DNA of 64,000 nt, from positions 2,668 to 66,667 of the forward strand of contig JBBSYE010000006.1 in NCBI GenBank assembly GCA_038045385.1. The letters run 5' to 3'. Made by a program: the position numbers and the translations under genes. This stretch comes from Nanobdellota archaeon (GTDB lineage Archaea > Nanobdellota > Nanobdellia > Pacearchaeales > GW2011-AR1). The notes under the pieces were generated by a model. The model searched no databases. It was not told the DNA's origin and saw nothing but the letters and a program-made list of their open reading frames with translations. Below are positions 55,810 through 64,000 of the stretch, piece by piece. The number at the start of each line of letters is the position of its first letter. The first letter of the stretch is position 1.

Positions 55810-56520
55810 ATGGAAGACAAAGAACAAGCGCTAGACAATCTATGGAACACTATTTGTCCTTCGATGGAATCAGATACAAAACCTGTAATTGATATAGAGC
55901 AAAGGGACGGAAGAAATCTATACTTAGTTGGAGAGATTCATGGAGCGATGGCTCCGCTTTATCACATACAACATGAAATTATTCCAAAAATGAGAAGAAA
56001 TCCTAGTAATTGGCTGATAGTAAGAGAAGGATTAAACGCTTACAGGGATTTAGACGAAGCAACATTAATAAAAAGATTGCCTCATGTTTTGTATTTTCAT
56101 AAAGTTCCAGATATATTGGGAATTCCCTCAGCAGACCCAATCGGTTCAATATTTGATCGTGAGACCCAAGATAAAGTTGCACAGGGATCTAGTCTTTCGT
56201 TAGATCAGATAAGGGGATGGTGTATAGCAAGCGTAATACAAGCCAATGGGGACGATGTTAGAAACAGTAGGGAACTCGATGCTATTATTCTTGAGAAGTT
56301 AGGCGTAAATGTAGACGAAGCAACACGAGCTATACGATTTTGCTACGATCCAGAAGCCCATACAAGATTAATGACTGGCTGGAATGCCTGTGCGCGCAAG
56401 GAAATGGATAAAGTGCTTCAATCCCATCCCAATAGACCTGAAGTTTTAATCAGTTGCGGTATTGCACATCTTCCAGCTTTCTCTGATAAACATACTTATA
56501 TTGGTCAAAGAGAATGGTAG
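55810..56520 (+). CDS. hypothetical protein with EreA/ChaN/TraB-like metal motifs
   Basis: LYLVGEIHG, IVREG, ISCGIAHL. Confidence 0.6.
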   Translation: MEDKEQALDNLWNTICPSMESDTKPVIDIEQRDGRNLYLVGEIHGAMAPLYHIQHEIIPKMRRNPSNWLIVREGLNAYRDLDEATLIKRLPHVLYFHKVPDILGIPSADPIGSIFDRETQDKVAQGSSLSLDQIRGWCIASVIQANGDDVRNSRELDAIILEKLGVNVDEATRAIRFCYDPEAHTRLMTGWNACARKEMDKVLQSHPNRPEVLISCGIAHLPAFSDKHTYIGQREW

Positions 56521-56585
56521 CTTTTTTATTCGAAAATAATAGCACAAGTAAGATTTAAAAGACATCAATAACAAGATATTTCATT

Positions 56586-56657
56586 GCTCGCTTAGTATAG
56601 TGGTTAGTACGCTAGCCTGTCGCGCTGGAGACGCGGGTCCGATTCCCGCAGCGGGCG
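56586..56657 (+). tRNA. tRNA-Asp(GTC)
   Basis: GCTCGCT/AGCGGGC acceptor, G73; CTAGC-CTGTCGC-GCTGG anticodon arm; T-loop TCCGATT. Confidence 0.92.
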
Positions 56658-56723
56658 TTTATCAAATAAAACATATATCCTCCTATACACGAAATCTTAA
56701 AAGCCCCAATTACATCTATTATC

Positions 56724-56873
56724 ATGGAACAAAAGCCCCAATGCGAAAAATGCCAAGACAAAAGAAGAATAATTAGGGCAAACGGCGAGATTAGCCCTTG
56801 CTTTGATTGCCTTATCGCCGGACGAATGGACCAGCACGATAAAAATCCTAAAGATTCTGGAATTGCAATTTAA
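56724..56873 (+). CDS. 49-aa zinc-finger-like mini-protein
   Basis: MEQKPQCEKCQDKRRIIRANGEISPCFDCLIAGRMDQHDKNPKDSGIAI*; own TATA-like sequence; not in the ORF track. Confidence 0.7.
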   Translation: MEQKPQCEKCQDKRRIIRANGEISPCFDCLIAGRMDQHDKNPKDSGIAI

Positions 56874-57007
56874 CTAAAAAATAAAAAAGCAAACCTTTTA
56901 AACCCAAATAATAAACAAATTAATGTACGGGGAGAGATCCCAAAAGTTTTAACCCCTCTCCGTACGTTTTACGATAATATTATAAACAAAACCTTCTAAA
57001 TGATATC

Positions 57008-57433
57008 ATGGTGAGCAAAAATTTTGTCAAGGTTTTAAGTGCTCTTTTCTTTGTCGTAGGTATATTCGGCATACTCGCGGGATTAATAATCTCCTTAATT
57101 TTCACAAGCTCATTCAACACATATATAGCCGAGAAAATTCCAGAATTACAACAAGAATTTATTGCTTCTGGAGTAGAATATCAACCAGACTCGCTTATCG
57201 TAATATTTGGAATTTTAATGGCGGTCTTCGGTTTAATCGCCCTAATTTTGAGCATAGGTCTATGGCAATTTAAAAAATGGGCTTGGCTTCCATCAGTAGT
57301 ATTATCAATTTTAATGTTATTCAGCTTTCCAATTGGAACAGCAATCGGAGCGTATGGCCTTGTAATTTTATTCAATAAAGAAGTAAAATCTTATTTTAAA
57401 GAAAAAAAAGTTAGCAAGAAAAAGAGGAAATAA
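57008..57433 (+). CDS. membrane protein
   Basis: Three to four TMs; FPIGTAIGAY. Confidence 0.75.
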   Translation: MVSKNFVKVLSALFFVVGIFGILAGLIISLIFTSSFNTYIAEKIPELQQEFIASGVEYQPDSLIVIFGILMAVFGLIALILSIGLWQFKKWAWLPSVVLSILMLFSFPIGTAIGAYGLVILFNKEVKSYFKEKKVSKKKRK

Positions 57434-57434
57434 T

Positions 57435-57893
57435 ATGAAAATATTTTATACCTTAATTCTCTCGTTAGCTCTTATCGTTGTAGCTTTCTTCAGCTATTCA
57501 GTAATAAAAGATTCTTCATTTAATCTTAACTCAATTTCAAATATCCTATCTCAAAAAAACACGGAAACTAAAAATGAAAATAATCCATCTGTTTCATCAG
57601 GAGGAAGTTCGGGAGGTTCTTCAGGAGCATCAGGAAGCGGAATTAGCGGACAAGTAGTAAATCCAATACCCCCAGAATCCGAGCCAAACATATATTACGA
57701 ACCACACTACTGCGCTCCAGAAAGCAGAGATGTAGAATGCGATGAAAGCCAAGGTGTTGTTTGTGGCTGGTTTACTCAACAACAAGGCTCATGCAATGGC
57801 CCATGCGTTAAAATATTCGTAAACACTTGTCAAGCCTGCGAAGATGACCGAGTAGAATATTGGACTAATGGCGACTGCCCAATTCATGGCTGA
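57435..57893 (+). CDS. membrane-anchored protein with a Ser/Gly linker and a Kazal-like Cys domain
   Basis: C...C.....VCGW...NTCQAC...V.YWT.GDC. Confidence 0.7.
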   Translation: MKIFYTLILSLALIVVAFFSYSVIKDSSFNLNSISNILSQKNTETKNENNPSVSSGGSSGGSSGASGSGISGQVVNPIPPESEPNIYYEPHYCAPESRDVECDESQGVVCGWFTQQQGSCNGPCVKIFVNTCQACEDDRVEYWTNGDCPIHG

Positions 57894-57928
57894 CAATATC
57901 TTTTTATACCATTATAAAATATATTTGA

Positions 57929-58324
57929 ATGGCAGAATTACCATCTAAAGATACAAAAATGCAACAAAGTGCTAACTCCTATATTTTCGGCAATATTTTT
58001 ATAGACTTGACACAAGAAAAAGGCTTTTGTCCTGAAGAATGCCGAGAAATAATGCCTCAGATTAGAGAATTAAATCCTAAAGTCCCATATCATCAAAAAG
58101 TAACTTTAGAAGGTAGCGAACCATTTTATATTGAAGTAAGACCCTCTATGCAAGTTGTAAGCAAAACAATTTTTATTTCTCTTCCAGAAGTTTTAAGAGA
58201 AGCTCGTGATGCAAAACCAGTAACAATGCCTATTAGCAGAGAAATTAGATATTTTGGACAAACAGCAAATAGTAGAAACATAATTAATTTCAACAACGAC
58301 CCTAGAAATTCAAATTATTATTAA
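57929..58324 (+). CDS. hypothetical protein
   Basis: 131-aa ORF. Confidence 0.55.
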   Translation: MAELPSKDTKMQQSANSYIFGNIFIDLTQEKGFCPEECREIMPQIRELNPKVPYHQKVTLEGSEPFYIEVRPSMQVVSKTIFISLPEVLREARDAKPVTMPISREIRYFGQTANSRNIINFNNDPRNSNYY

Positions 58325-58372
58325 TCTCATTTATAGCAAAAAGTTTATAATCTCCAATATTGGACTGAAACT

Positions 58373-58657
58373 ATGGAATTTCAAACAGTTTTATGTCGAA
58401 AATCAATAGAAGGAACAGTTCAATCTAGCTCAGTTGTTACAGGAGAAACAGAGTTAACACAAATTCAACTTTGTGGAAGAAAGGAAATCTTCTTGTACAA
58501 AGGCAATGCTAGGGTAGATGCCTTAGAAAGAGTGAGGTTTTATTCTAACAACGAGCCTGCTCTAGGCAGCATTGTTCGAGAAATCTGTGCAATGCAAATC
58601 CTTACCGAAAAAGGCGATATAAAAACAACTTACGCCCCAGTAGAAATGTTCAGATAA
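58373..58657 (+). CDS. hypothetical protein
   Basis: 94-aa ORF with own TTTATAA promoter-like sequence. Confidence 0.55.
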   Translation: MEFQTVLCRKSIEGTVQSSSVVTGETELTQIQLCGRKEIFLYKGNARVDALERVRFYSNNEPALGSIVREICAMQILTEKGDIKTTYAPVEMFR

Positions 58658-59041
58658 TTATTTCTTCTTACCTTTCTTAAATTCCAAAGCACAAGAATTC
58701 AAGCAATATCTTTCGCCAGTTTCGGTAGGCCCATCATCAAACACATGTCCAAGATGCCCCCCACAATTCGCGCAAATTATTTCAGTTCGCAATACCAACG
58801 CACTTTTATCTTTCATATACCGAACAGCATTTTTTATCGGCTTATCAAAACTTGGCCATCCAGTCCCAGATTCAAATTTAGAATCAGAATTAAATAATGG
58901 AGCATCGCAACCAGCACAACGATAAACTCCATCTTCTTTATTATAAAGCAATTTCCCAGTAAAAGGCATCTCCGTTCCTTTCTCACGAAGAATATGATAT
59001 TGCTCTGGCGTTAGTTTCTTTTCAGCCACTTTTTTTGTCAT
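58658..59041 (-). CDS. msrB: peptide-methionine (R)-S-oxide reductase
   Basis: [37 protein letters not shown]. Confidence 0.95.
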   Translation of the reverse strand: MTKKVAEKKLTPEQYHILREKGTEMPFTGKLLYNKEDGVYRCAGCDAPLFNSDSKFESGTGWPSFDKPIKNAVRYMKDKSALVLRTEIICANCGGHLGHVFDDGPTETGERYCLNSCALEFKKGKKK

Positions 59042-59327
59042 ATCATCTAATAGTGCGAAACTATTTAATTCTATCCAGAAATAGGTATTGTAATTTTAGC
59101 TTTATTGTAAAAAGATACTTAGAAAATAAAAAGCCTTCTTAATAACTGCATTTTAACTTCGGAGATAAACTTAATTATTGTTGATATTTATTATTACAAT
59201 TATTAAAGCAAAATCTATGGGCTATGCTATTCTATTCATAAGACAGAGGATATTGCAATAAGTCCACAATATCTCAGAAATAAAATAAATAGAATACACT
59301 TAAATACAGCCAATATAAAGAACAGAG

Positions 59328-59963
59328 ATGATAGGAAAAGAAATAATTGATTCACTTCATTGGCGCTACGCAACTAAAAAATTTTCAGATAGAAAAATAT
59401 CTCATGAAGATTTACAATTACTAAAAGAAGCCACTCGCTTAACTGCATCATCTTATGGTTTACAACCATTCAAAGTAATCCATGTTAAGAATGAAGAATT
59501 AAGAAAAAAAGTCTCCCAAGTAGCATGGAACCAACCACAAATAACTGAAGCTTCAGATTTGTTCATATTCGCAGCGAAAACAAATCTTTCAAGCAAAGAT
59601 ATAGAAGAATACATCAACCTAATAGCTTCAACAAGAAATATAGAAAAAGAAAATCTTGACGGCTTCAAAAATATGATGTTGGGCTTTGAACAAGGAATGT
59701 CAACAGAAAGCAAAACTATTTGGTCTCAAAAGCAAGCATACATAGCTCTAGGGAATCTTCTAACTACCTCTGCATTAACGAAAATAGATGCTTGCCCCAT
59801 GGAAGGGTTTGATCCTCAACAAGTCACTCAAGTTCTCAATTTAGATAAAGAGCATCTTTTAGCGACAGTTATCTGCACTTTAGGCTATCGCTCAAACGAA
59901 GATAGCTCCGCAAGTTACAAGAAAGTCAGAGTTCCAGAAAAAGAATTCTTTATTGAAAGATGA
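59328..59963 (+). CDS. NfsB-like nitroreductase
   Basis: WRYATKKF, ASSYGLQPF, IDACPMEGFD, LGYR. Confidence 0.9.
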   Translation: MIGKEIIDSLHWRYATKKFSDRKISHEDLQLLKEATRLTASSYGLQPFKVIHVKNEELRKKVSQVAWNQPQITEASDLFIFAAKTNLSSKDIEEYINLIASTRNIEKENLDGFKNMMLGFEQGMSTESKTIWSQKQAYIALGNLLTTSALTKIDACPMEGFDPQQVTQVLNLDKEHLLATVICTLGYRSNEDSSASYKKVRVPEKEFFIER

Positions 59964-60002
59964 AACAACAATGTTTTTAAACTGCCTGTAAATTAGCAAA
60001 GA

Positions 60003-60431
60003 ATGAACAGAGAGCAGTTTTTGAATTTTCAAAACCCTAATGGATTATTAGAAAAATTGGCTGAATTGAAAGATAAGAAAGATGAACTTGATTCTAAAAT
60101 TGAGAATATGCAGGATGTGTTGGAGGTCCTATTAGCTCTTAAGCGAACATCAAAGGATACAAAAGACCCTGGCAAATATGGAATGGCGGTTTATTTTGTT
60201 GAAGAAATAATAAGAGATGCAGACCAAATACCTGAAGAAATAAAATTTAGTTATAGTCCAAAAATGATTTATGATGGGCTCCCAGTATTAGGAACATATC
60301 AGCAGACATTAGATAGCGATACTGGAGATACTTGGGAAGCTCAAGCATTTGTTATAAACGATAATCAACAAATAATTGAGATGGGTAGCGTATTAGAAAG
60401 TTATCGCTTTCTCGGAAAAATTTCAGATTAA
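60003..60431 (+). CDS. hypothetical protein
   Basis: 142-aa ORF, N-terminal coiled coil. Confidence 0.6.
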   Translation: MNREQFLNFQNPNGLLEKLAELKDKKDELDSKIENMQDVLEVLLALKRTSKDTKDPGKYGMAVYFVEEIIRDADQIPEEIKFSYSPKMIYDGLPVLGTYQQTLDSDTGDTWEAQAFVINDNQQIIEMGSVLESYRFLGKISD

Positions 60432-60459
60432 TATATAAACTTAAACTTCATAAAAAGAC

Positions 60460-60681
60460 GTGAAAGTTAGCGATTTAGTAATCCCAATCAGGCCAGAAGT
60501 AGAAAAACTTACAAGGCACGAAATTGAGGCATTTGAAAAGCAAGTTCGCGAAGAAATGGAAAAAGATGGAACTGCTGAAGCAAATAGAATAACTGCCCAA
60601 GCGACAATTTTGACAGAAAGAGACTTTGAAGTATACATTGGCCCAACAGCAGAAAATCCAAGAAGGACTAGATTTTATTAA
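60460..60681 (+). CDS. hypothetical protein
   Basis: 73-aa ORF, GTG start. Confidence 0.5.
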   Translation: MKVSDLVIPIRPEVEKLTRHEIEAFEKQVREEMEKDGTAEANRITAQATILTERDFEVYIGPTAENPRRTRFY

Positions 60682-61244
60682 AAGTCTTTCTTCTTTTTCA
60701 AATACCTTACAAGTTCAGAGGAAATTTGTGCTCTTCCGTTAATCAAAGGATAACGATAAGGCAAAATTATACTCTCGCCTTTCTTTATTTTAATTTCAAG
60801 TTCATCTTTAAACTCAATTTCTCCAAGTTCTTTACCTTTTATTATTTCGTTAGTCACAAGCACAGCATTATCAGTTGAAAACTGTCCATTTCCAAGATTG
60901 AAAGCAGGAATATTTTTCATATATTTAGTCAATTCATCTCTAGTGCGCCAATTAAACTTTTCATCTCCGAGAATTCCACCAAAAATAAAATATTCATAAT
61001 TTTTAGCAATCTCTGGCGTCAGCGTTTCTTTTGCATCAGGGTCAAGAATGCACGAATTTTTTAATTGCATAGTTCTAACAGATTTTCCAAAAACCTTCCC
61101 GTAACTTACAAGCTTTCTCCCATTATCCTTTATATTAGTAAACCAAACATTCTCTTTTCCAACAAGCTTTGAAATATTCTTATATTCAATCTCGCACCAT
61201 TTCCACAATTTCGGCTCAAGATGTTCTATGATAAATGTTTTCAT
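60678..61244 (-). CDS. SPOUT methyltransferase, Sfm1-like
   Basis: FIIEHLE...W...EY, LDP, FIFGGILGD, QFSTDNAV. Confidence 0.85.
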   Translation of the reverse strand: MKTFIIEHLEPKLWKWCEIEYKNISKLVGKENVWFTNIKDNGRKLVSYGKVFGKSVRTMQLKNSCILDPDAKETLTPEIAKNYEYFIFGGILGDEKFNWRTRDELTKYMKNIPAFNLGNGQFSTDNAVLVTNEIIKGKELGEIEFKDELEIKIKKGESIILPYRYPLINGRAQISSELVRYLKKKKDF

Positions 61245-61245
61245 T

Positions 61246-61944
61246 TTATTTATTTGATTTAAGTTTATTATTGTCCAACGAACTTGCCAAAAACAACACT
61301 ATCGCTAAGAGAATAGCGAAATGGCAAAAAACTGAAGGAAAACGAATAGATAAAGAAGGGAGGAAAACCAAAAAGACAAAGGTGGGGATAACCATCAAAA
61401 GAACTCCTAAAATAAAAAGATAATATATTTTCTTCTTCTTTCTATCTTTTTTAAAACTTGAAGGATGAACAAGTATAAAGCAGGACAATGAGATAAATAT
61501 CCCATAATAAGAAGCATATAAAATTGATAATACCAAATTAAAATTGCTTATAGGGGTATAAATTAAAAGGCTACTCACTGTAACAAAAATACTATTACAT
61601 GAAGCGTATGATATAAAATCAGATCTAAATATCGCATAAAGTGCAAAAAAAGCAGGAACTAAATAAGAAAGAAAGGTCCATTTTTTTCGCTCAGTCATCC
61701 TTAAAGTTGCATGAATTCCTAATGCAGGTAAAAATGTATAAATGATAAATCCTACTTTTGCCCAGAGAAATGGATTTTCAGAAATGCACAGCATAAATTC
61801 ACTAAACTGATAGAGTCCTAAGAAATACATGATAATTGCAGAAAAAATCGTAATGCTTGATTTGCGGTATTTGATAAATATAAACGAAGCCAAAAATATT
61901 TCAATTATTGCAGTTGTCAGAGAAACTGCTGGATTAAAACACAT
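61246..61944 (-). CDS. seven-TM membrane protein
   Basis: MCF start; YQFSEF; SVFCHFA. Confidence 0.7.
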   Translation of the reverse strand: MCFNPAVSLTTAIIEIFLASFIFIKYRKSSITIFSAIIMYFLGLYQFSEFMLCISENPFLWAKVGFIIYTFLPALGIHATLRMTERKKWTFLSYLVPAFFALYAIFRSDFISYASCNSIFVTVSSLLIYTPISNFNLVLSILYASYYGIFISLSCFILVHPSSFKKDRKKKKIYYLFILGVLLMVIPTFVFLVFLPSLSIRFPSVFCHFAILLAIVLFLASSLDNNKLKSNK

Positions 61945-62020
61945 TTCATAAATAAAGAATTAGGATATTTAAGTTTTAGCGTAAAGTAATGTTTAAATCT
62001 CTCCAATCCTATAGTAATTA

Positions 62021-62590
62021 ATGTACGTGCGTCATATCTTTCGCCTAAAAAACCACAAAATAGCCATATTTCTCGCAATGCTCGCCCTAGCCTATTGGCT
62101 CTTTGACCAGCCAGCAATTCAACAATTATTTAACGGTGCAGAAAATTCAGGATATCTTGGCTCTCTTTTAGCAGGAGGGTTGTACGCTTTAGGATTTACC
62201 GTTCCGATAAGCATAGCATTACTATTAAGCATATCAGTAAAAAACATTTTTTTAGCAAGTATAATCGGCGGAATAGGAAGCGTCATAATTGACTATGGAA
62301 TTTTCAAATATGTTCATCTATCATTTAAAAAAGACTTCCAAAAAATTGAGCATTTAATGATTGTAAAAGAAGCGGAATCAGTCATAGAAGAAAATTTTAG
62401 CTCAAAAGTAAGAAATTATTTTCTTTTTATTTTTGCAGGTTTTATTCTCGCCTCGCCATTACCCGACGAAGTCGGTGTTTCTCTTCTAGCAGGCTTTACC
62501 TCAATCAAGCCACATATTCTAATGATTCTAAGCTTCATAACTCATGCAATAGGAATTGCAATTATTTTATATTTAGGGACGATTATCTAA
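62021..62590 (+). CDS. polytopic membrane protein (DedA-like)
   Basis: LASPLPDEVG re-entrant-type motif. Confidence 0.7.
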   Translation: MYVRHIFRLKNHKIAIFLAMLALAYWLFDQPAIQQLFNGAENSGYLGSLLAGGLYALGFTVPISIALLLSISVKNIFLASIIGGIGSVIIDYGIFKYVHLSFKKDFQKIEHLMIVKEAESVIEENFSSKVRNYFLFIFAGFILASPLPDEVGVSLLAGFTSIKPHILMILSFITHAIGIAIILYLGTII

Positions 62591-62862
62591 GGATCAAAAT
62601 TACTTGTCTTTTTTGGTGGAGTGTATGGTGGTTCTCTAGGAGGTGAAATATTAGGAAAATCTTTATGGGCTCGATAAACAAAAGCGCACATGCATACGCT
62701 CGCCAAACAAGCTGCAACACCCATTCCACCCATTCTGTAAATTTCATTACCATCACTTATTTTATCAACAATAAAAGCTACAGCGGCTGCAGTACAAAGT
62801 CCACCAGCAACTCCTTTTAGGATAGAATAATTAAATTCAAGATTTTCAAGAGGAGTAGTCAT
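62587..62862 (-). CDS. two-TM membrane protein, paralog B
   Basis: Start reassigned to MTTPLENLEF; C-terminal PYTPPKKTSNFDP. Confidence 0.7.
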   Translation of the reverse strand: MTTPLENLEFNYSILKGVAGGLCTAAAVAFIVDKISDGNEIYRMGGMGVAACLASVCMCAFVYRAHKDFPNISPPREPPYTPPKKTSNFDP

Positions 62863-62890
62863 AGTTAGAGAGTGTGATTTAATAATTTCA

Positions 62891-63190
62891 TTAGGGGTTC
62901 CAATTGCTCGTTTTTTTCGGCGGAGTATACGGCTGTTCTTTTCTAATCTCATTCTCAAGGTAACGAAGCGCTTTCCATAGACGATAAATTAAAGTTCCGG
63001 AACAAACTAGAGAAGCAGAGCCAGCCATTGCAATTCCCGCAAGTTTTAATTCTTCACTGTTATAATATTCTGGCTCACTCGCAATAATCAAAGCAGAAGC
63101 CCCAGCACAAAGTCCAGCAACTGCATATCTCCAAGTATTATGGTCAAATTCAAGTGCTTCAAGTCCTTTTCCATCAGCTCTATTCATCAT
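62891..63190 (-). CDS. two-TM membrane protein, paralog A
   Basis: Start reassigned to MMNRADG, 1 nt after the cfa stop; C-terminal PYTPPKKTSNWNP. Confidence 0.7.
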   Translation of the reverse strand: MMNRADGKGLEALEFDHNTWRYAVAGLCAGASALIIASEPEYYNSEELKLAGIAMAGSASLVCSGTLIYRLWKALRYLENEIRKEQPYTPPKKTSNWNP

Positions 63191-63191
63191 T

Positions 63192-64000
63192 TTAAACTTC
63201 AACCTCCGAAGCAACTTTAGAATGTTGTCCATAACTTCGAGGTATTTCTCTTGGAGCCTTATAGCCTCCAGAAACCCCTTCGGGAGATAATACATATTGA
63301 TGTAACTGATATCTTCTTGCACGAAAAGCTCCAGCACAAAAAGTAAGATAATGATGCCATCTTCTATAAAACCTATTTTGCTTTTCCTCAGGCCATTGAG
63401 CAAAAAGTTCAGAGCTTTCCTTTAATTTATCCCAATTTTCCCTGAAATTATGATCCCAAGCCATTAAAGTAGGGTCGTAATCAACTCCAAAGTTATGAAC
63501 ATCTTCAATGACAAATCTTTTTTCAAACGCTCCTGCTAGTTGTTTTGGTGAAGGAATAACCATTCCAGGAAATATCCCATTTCTTCTGGAAAACCAATTA
63601 ACTTCAGAACGCTCTCTATTAGGGAAACTTTCTCTTGAAGTAAATCCATGTAAAACAAACAATCCGTCTTTATCTTTCAATGCTTTGAGTGCACTACCAA
63701 AATAATCCCCATAATTTTTCTGCCCAACATGCTCAACCATCCCAACAGAAACAATTCTGTCAAACTTATCTTTAACATCTCTATAATCTTGAATGCGAAT
63801 TTCAATTTTATCTCCTAAATCTTCACAAAAATTCCTTGCAGAATTAGCTTGCTCTTCCGATAAAGTAATTCCCACAACGTCAACTCCATGTCTCGTAGCA
63901 AAATGCCTTGCGAGTCCTCCCCAACCACACCCAATATCCAAAACTCTCATTTCTGGCTCAAGTCTTGCCTTTAAAGCAATCAACTCCATTTTTTGTCTTT
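63192..64000 (-). CDS. cfa: cyclopropane-fatty-acyl-phospholipid synthase, 5' end beyond the window
   Basis: VLDIGCGWGG, GITLSEEQ, QDYR, FDRIVSVGMVEHVG, IFPG, HNFGVDYDPTLMAW, YLTFCAGAFRAR; frame open to the window edge. Confidence 0.9.
   Translation of the reverse strand, partial: RQKMELIALKARLEPEMRVLDIGCGWGGLARHFATRHGVDVVGITLSEEQANSARNFCEDLGDKIEIRIQDYRDVKDKFDRIVSVGMVEHVGQKNYGDYFGSALKALKDKDGLFVLHGFTSRESFPNRERSEVNWFSRRNGIFPGMVIPSPKQLAGAFEKRFVIEDVHNFGVDYDPTLMAWDHNFRENWDKLKESSELFAQWPEEKQNRFYRRWHHYLTFCAGAFRARRYQLHQYVLSPEGVSGGYKAPREIPRSYGQHSKVASEVEV

Noticed and set aside
59042-59327. 286-bp AT-rich intergenic region with hydrophobic-looking broken frames
   Set aside because: No convincing ORF, stem or repeat; explained by divergent msrB and nitroreductase promoters
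62863-63403. Long N-terminal extensions of track ORFs 62587..62958 and 62891..63403
   Set aside because: They overlap the upstream paralog or cfa; internal ATGs give aligned paralogous starts

Overview
AT-rich chromosomal segment of a small-genome archaeon, most likely DPANN (Pacearchaeota/Woesearchaeota-like). This is inferred from archaeal-type L7Ae, S28e, L24e and S10, TATA/BRE-like promoters, intron-containing tRNAs without encoded CCA, and bacterial-type gyrB/gyrA, thyA-folA-tmk, xth, msrB and cfa. Contents: a 7-gene ArsR-CopZ-CopA copper operon; seven tRNA genes (Ala-GGC, Tyr-GTA with an 84-nt intron, Gly-GCC, Val-TAC, Ser-CGA with a 77-nt intron, Ser-GGA, Asp-GTC); three nucleotidyltransferase TA-like modules; PIN/RHH genes; a Ser/Thr kinase locus; surface proteins (CARDB, LamG, pilin); and many single, separately promoted hypothetical genes. 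No CRISPR array, rRNA, integrase or transposase was seen. The most unusual signals are: (1) two roughly 0.7-kb single-gene islets lying between a tRNA gene and a second copy of a tRNA 3' end (an exact 22-bp repeat at tRNA-Ala; an orphan, covarying tRNA-Ser 3' exon with its splice-site remnant, behind a caspase-like protease gene); (2) a promoter-driven two-hairpin RNA whose second hairpin mimics an alanine acceptor minihelix (G3:U70, A73); (3) foreign ORFs inserted at TAATG stop/start junctions of two housekeeping operons; (4) a beta-barrel-like protein and a cyclopropane fatty-acid synthase in an archaeon; (5) a GyrA carrying quinolone-resistance-type residues. All family calls come from motif recognition by eye, not from database searches.
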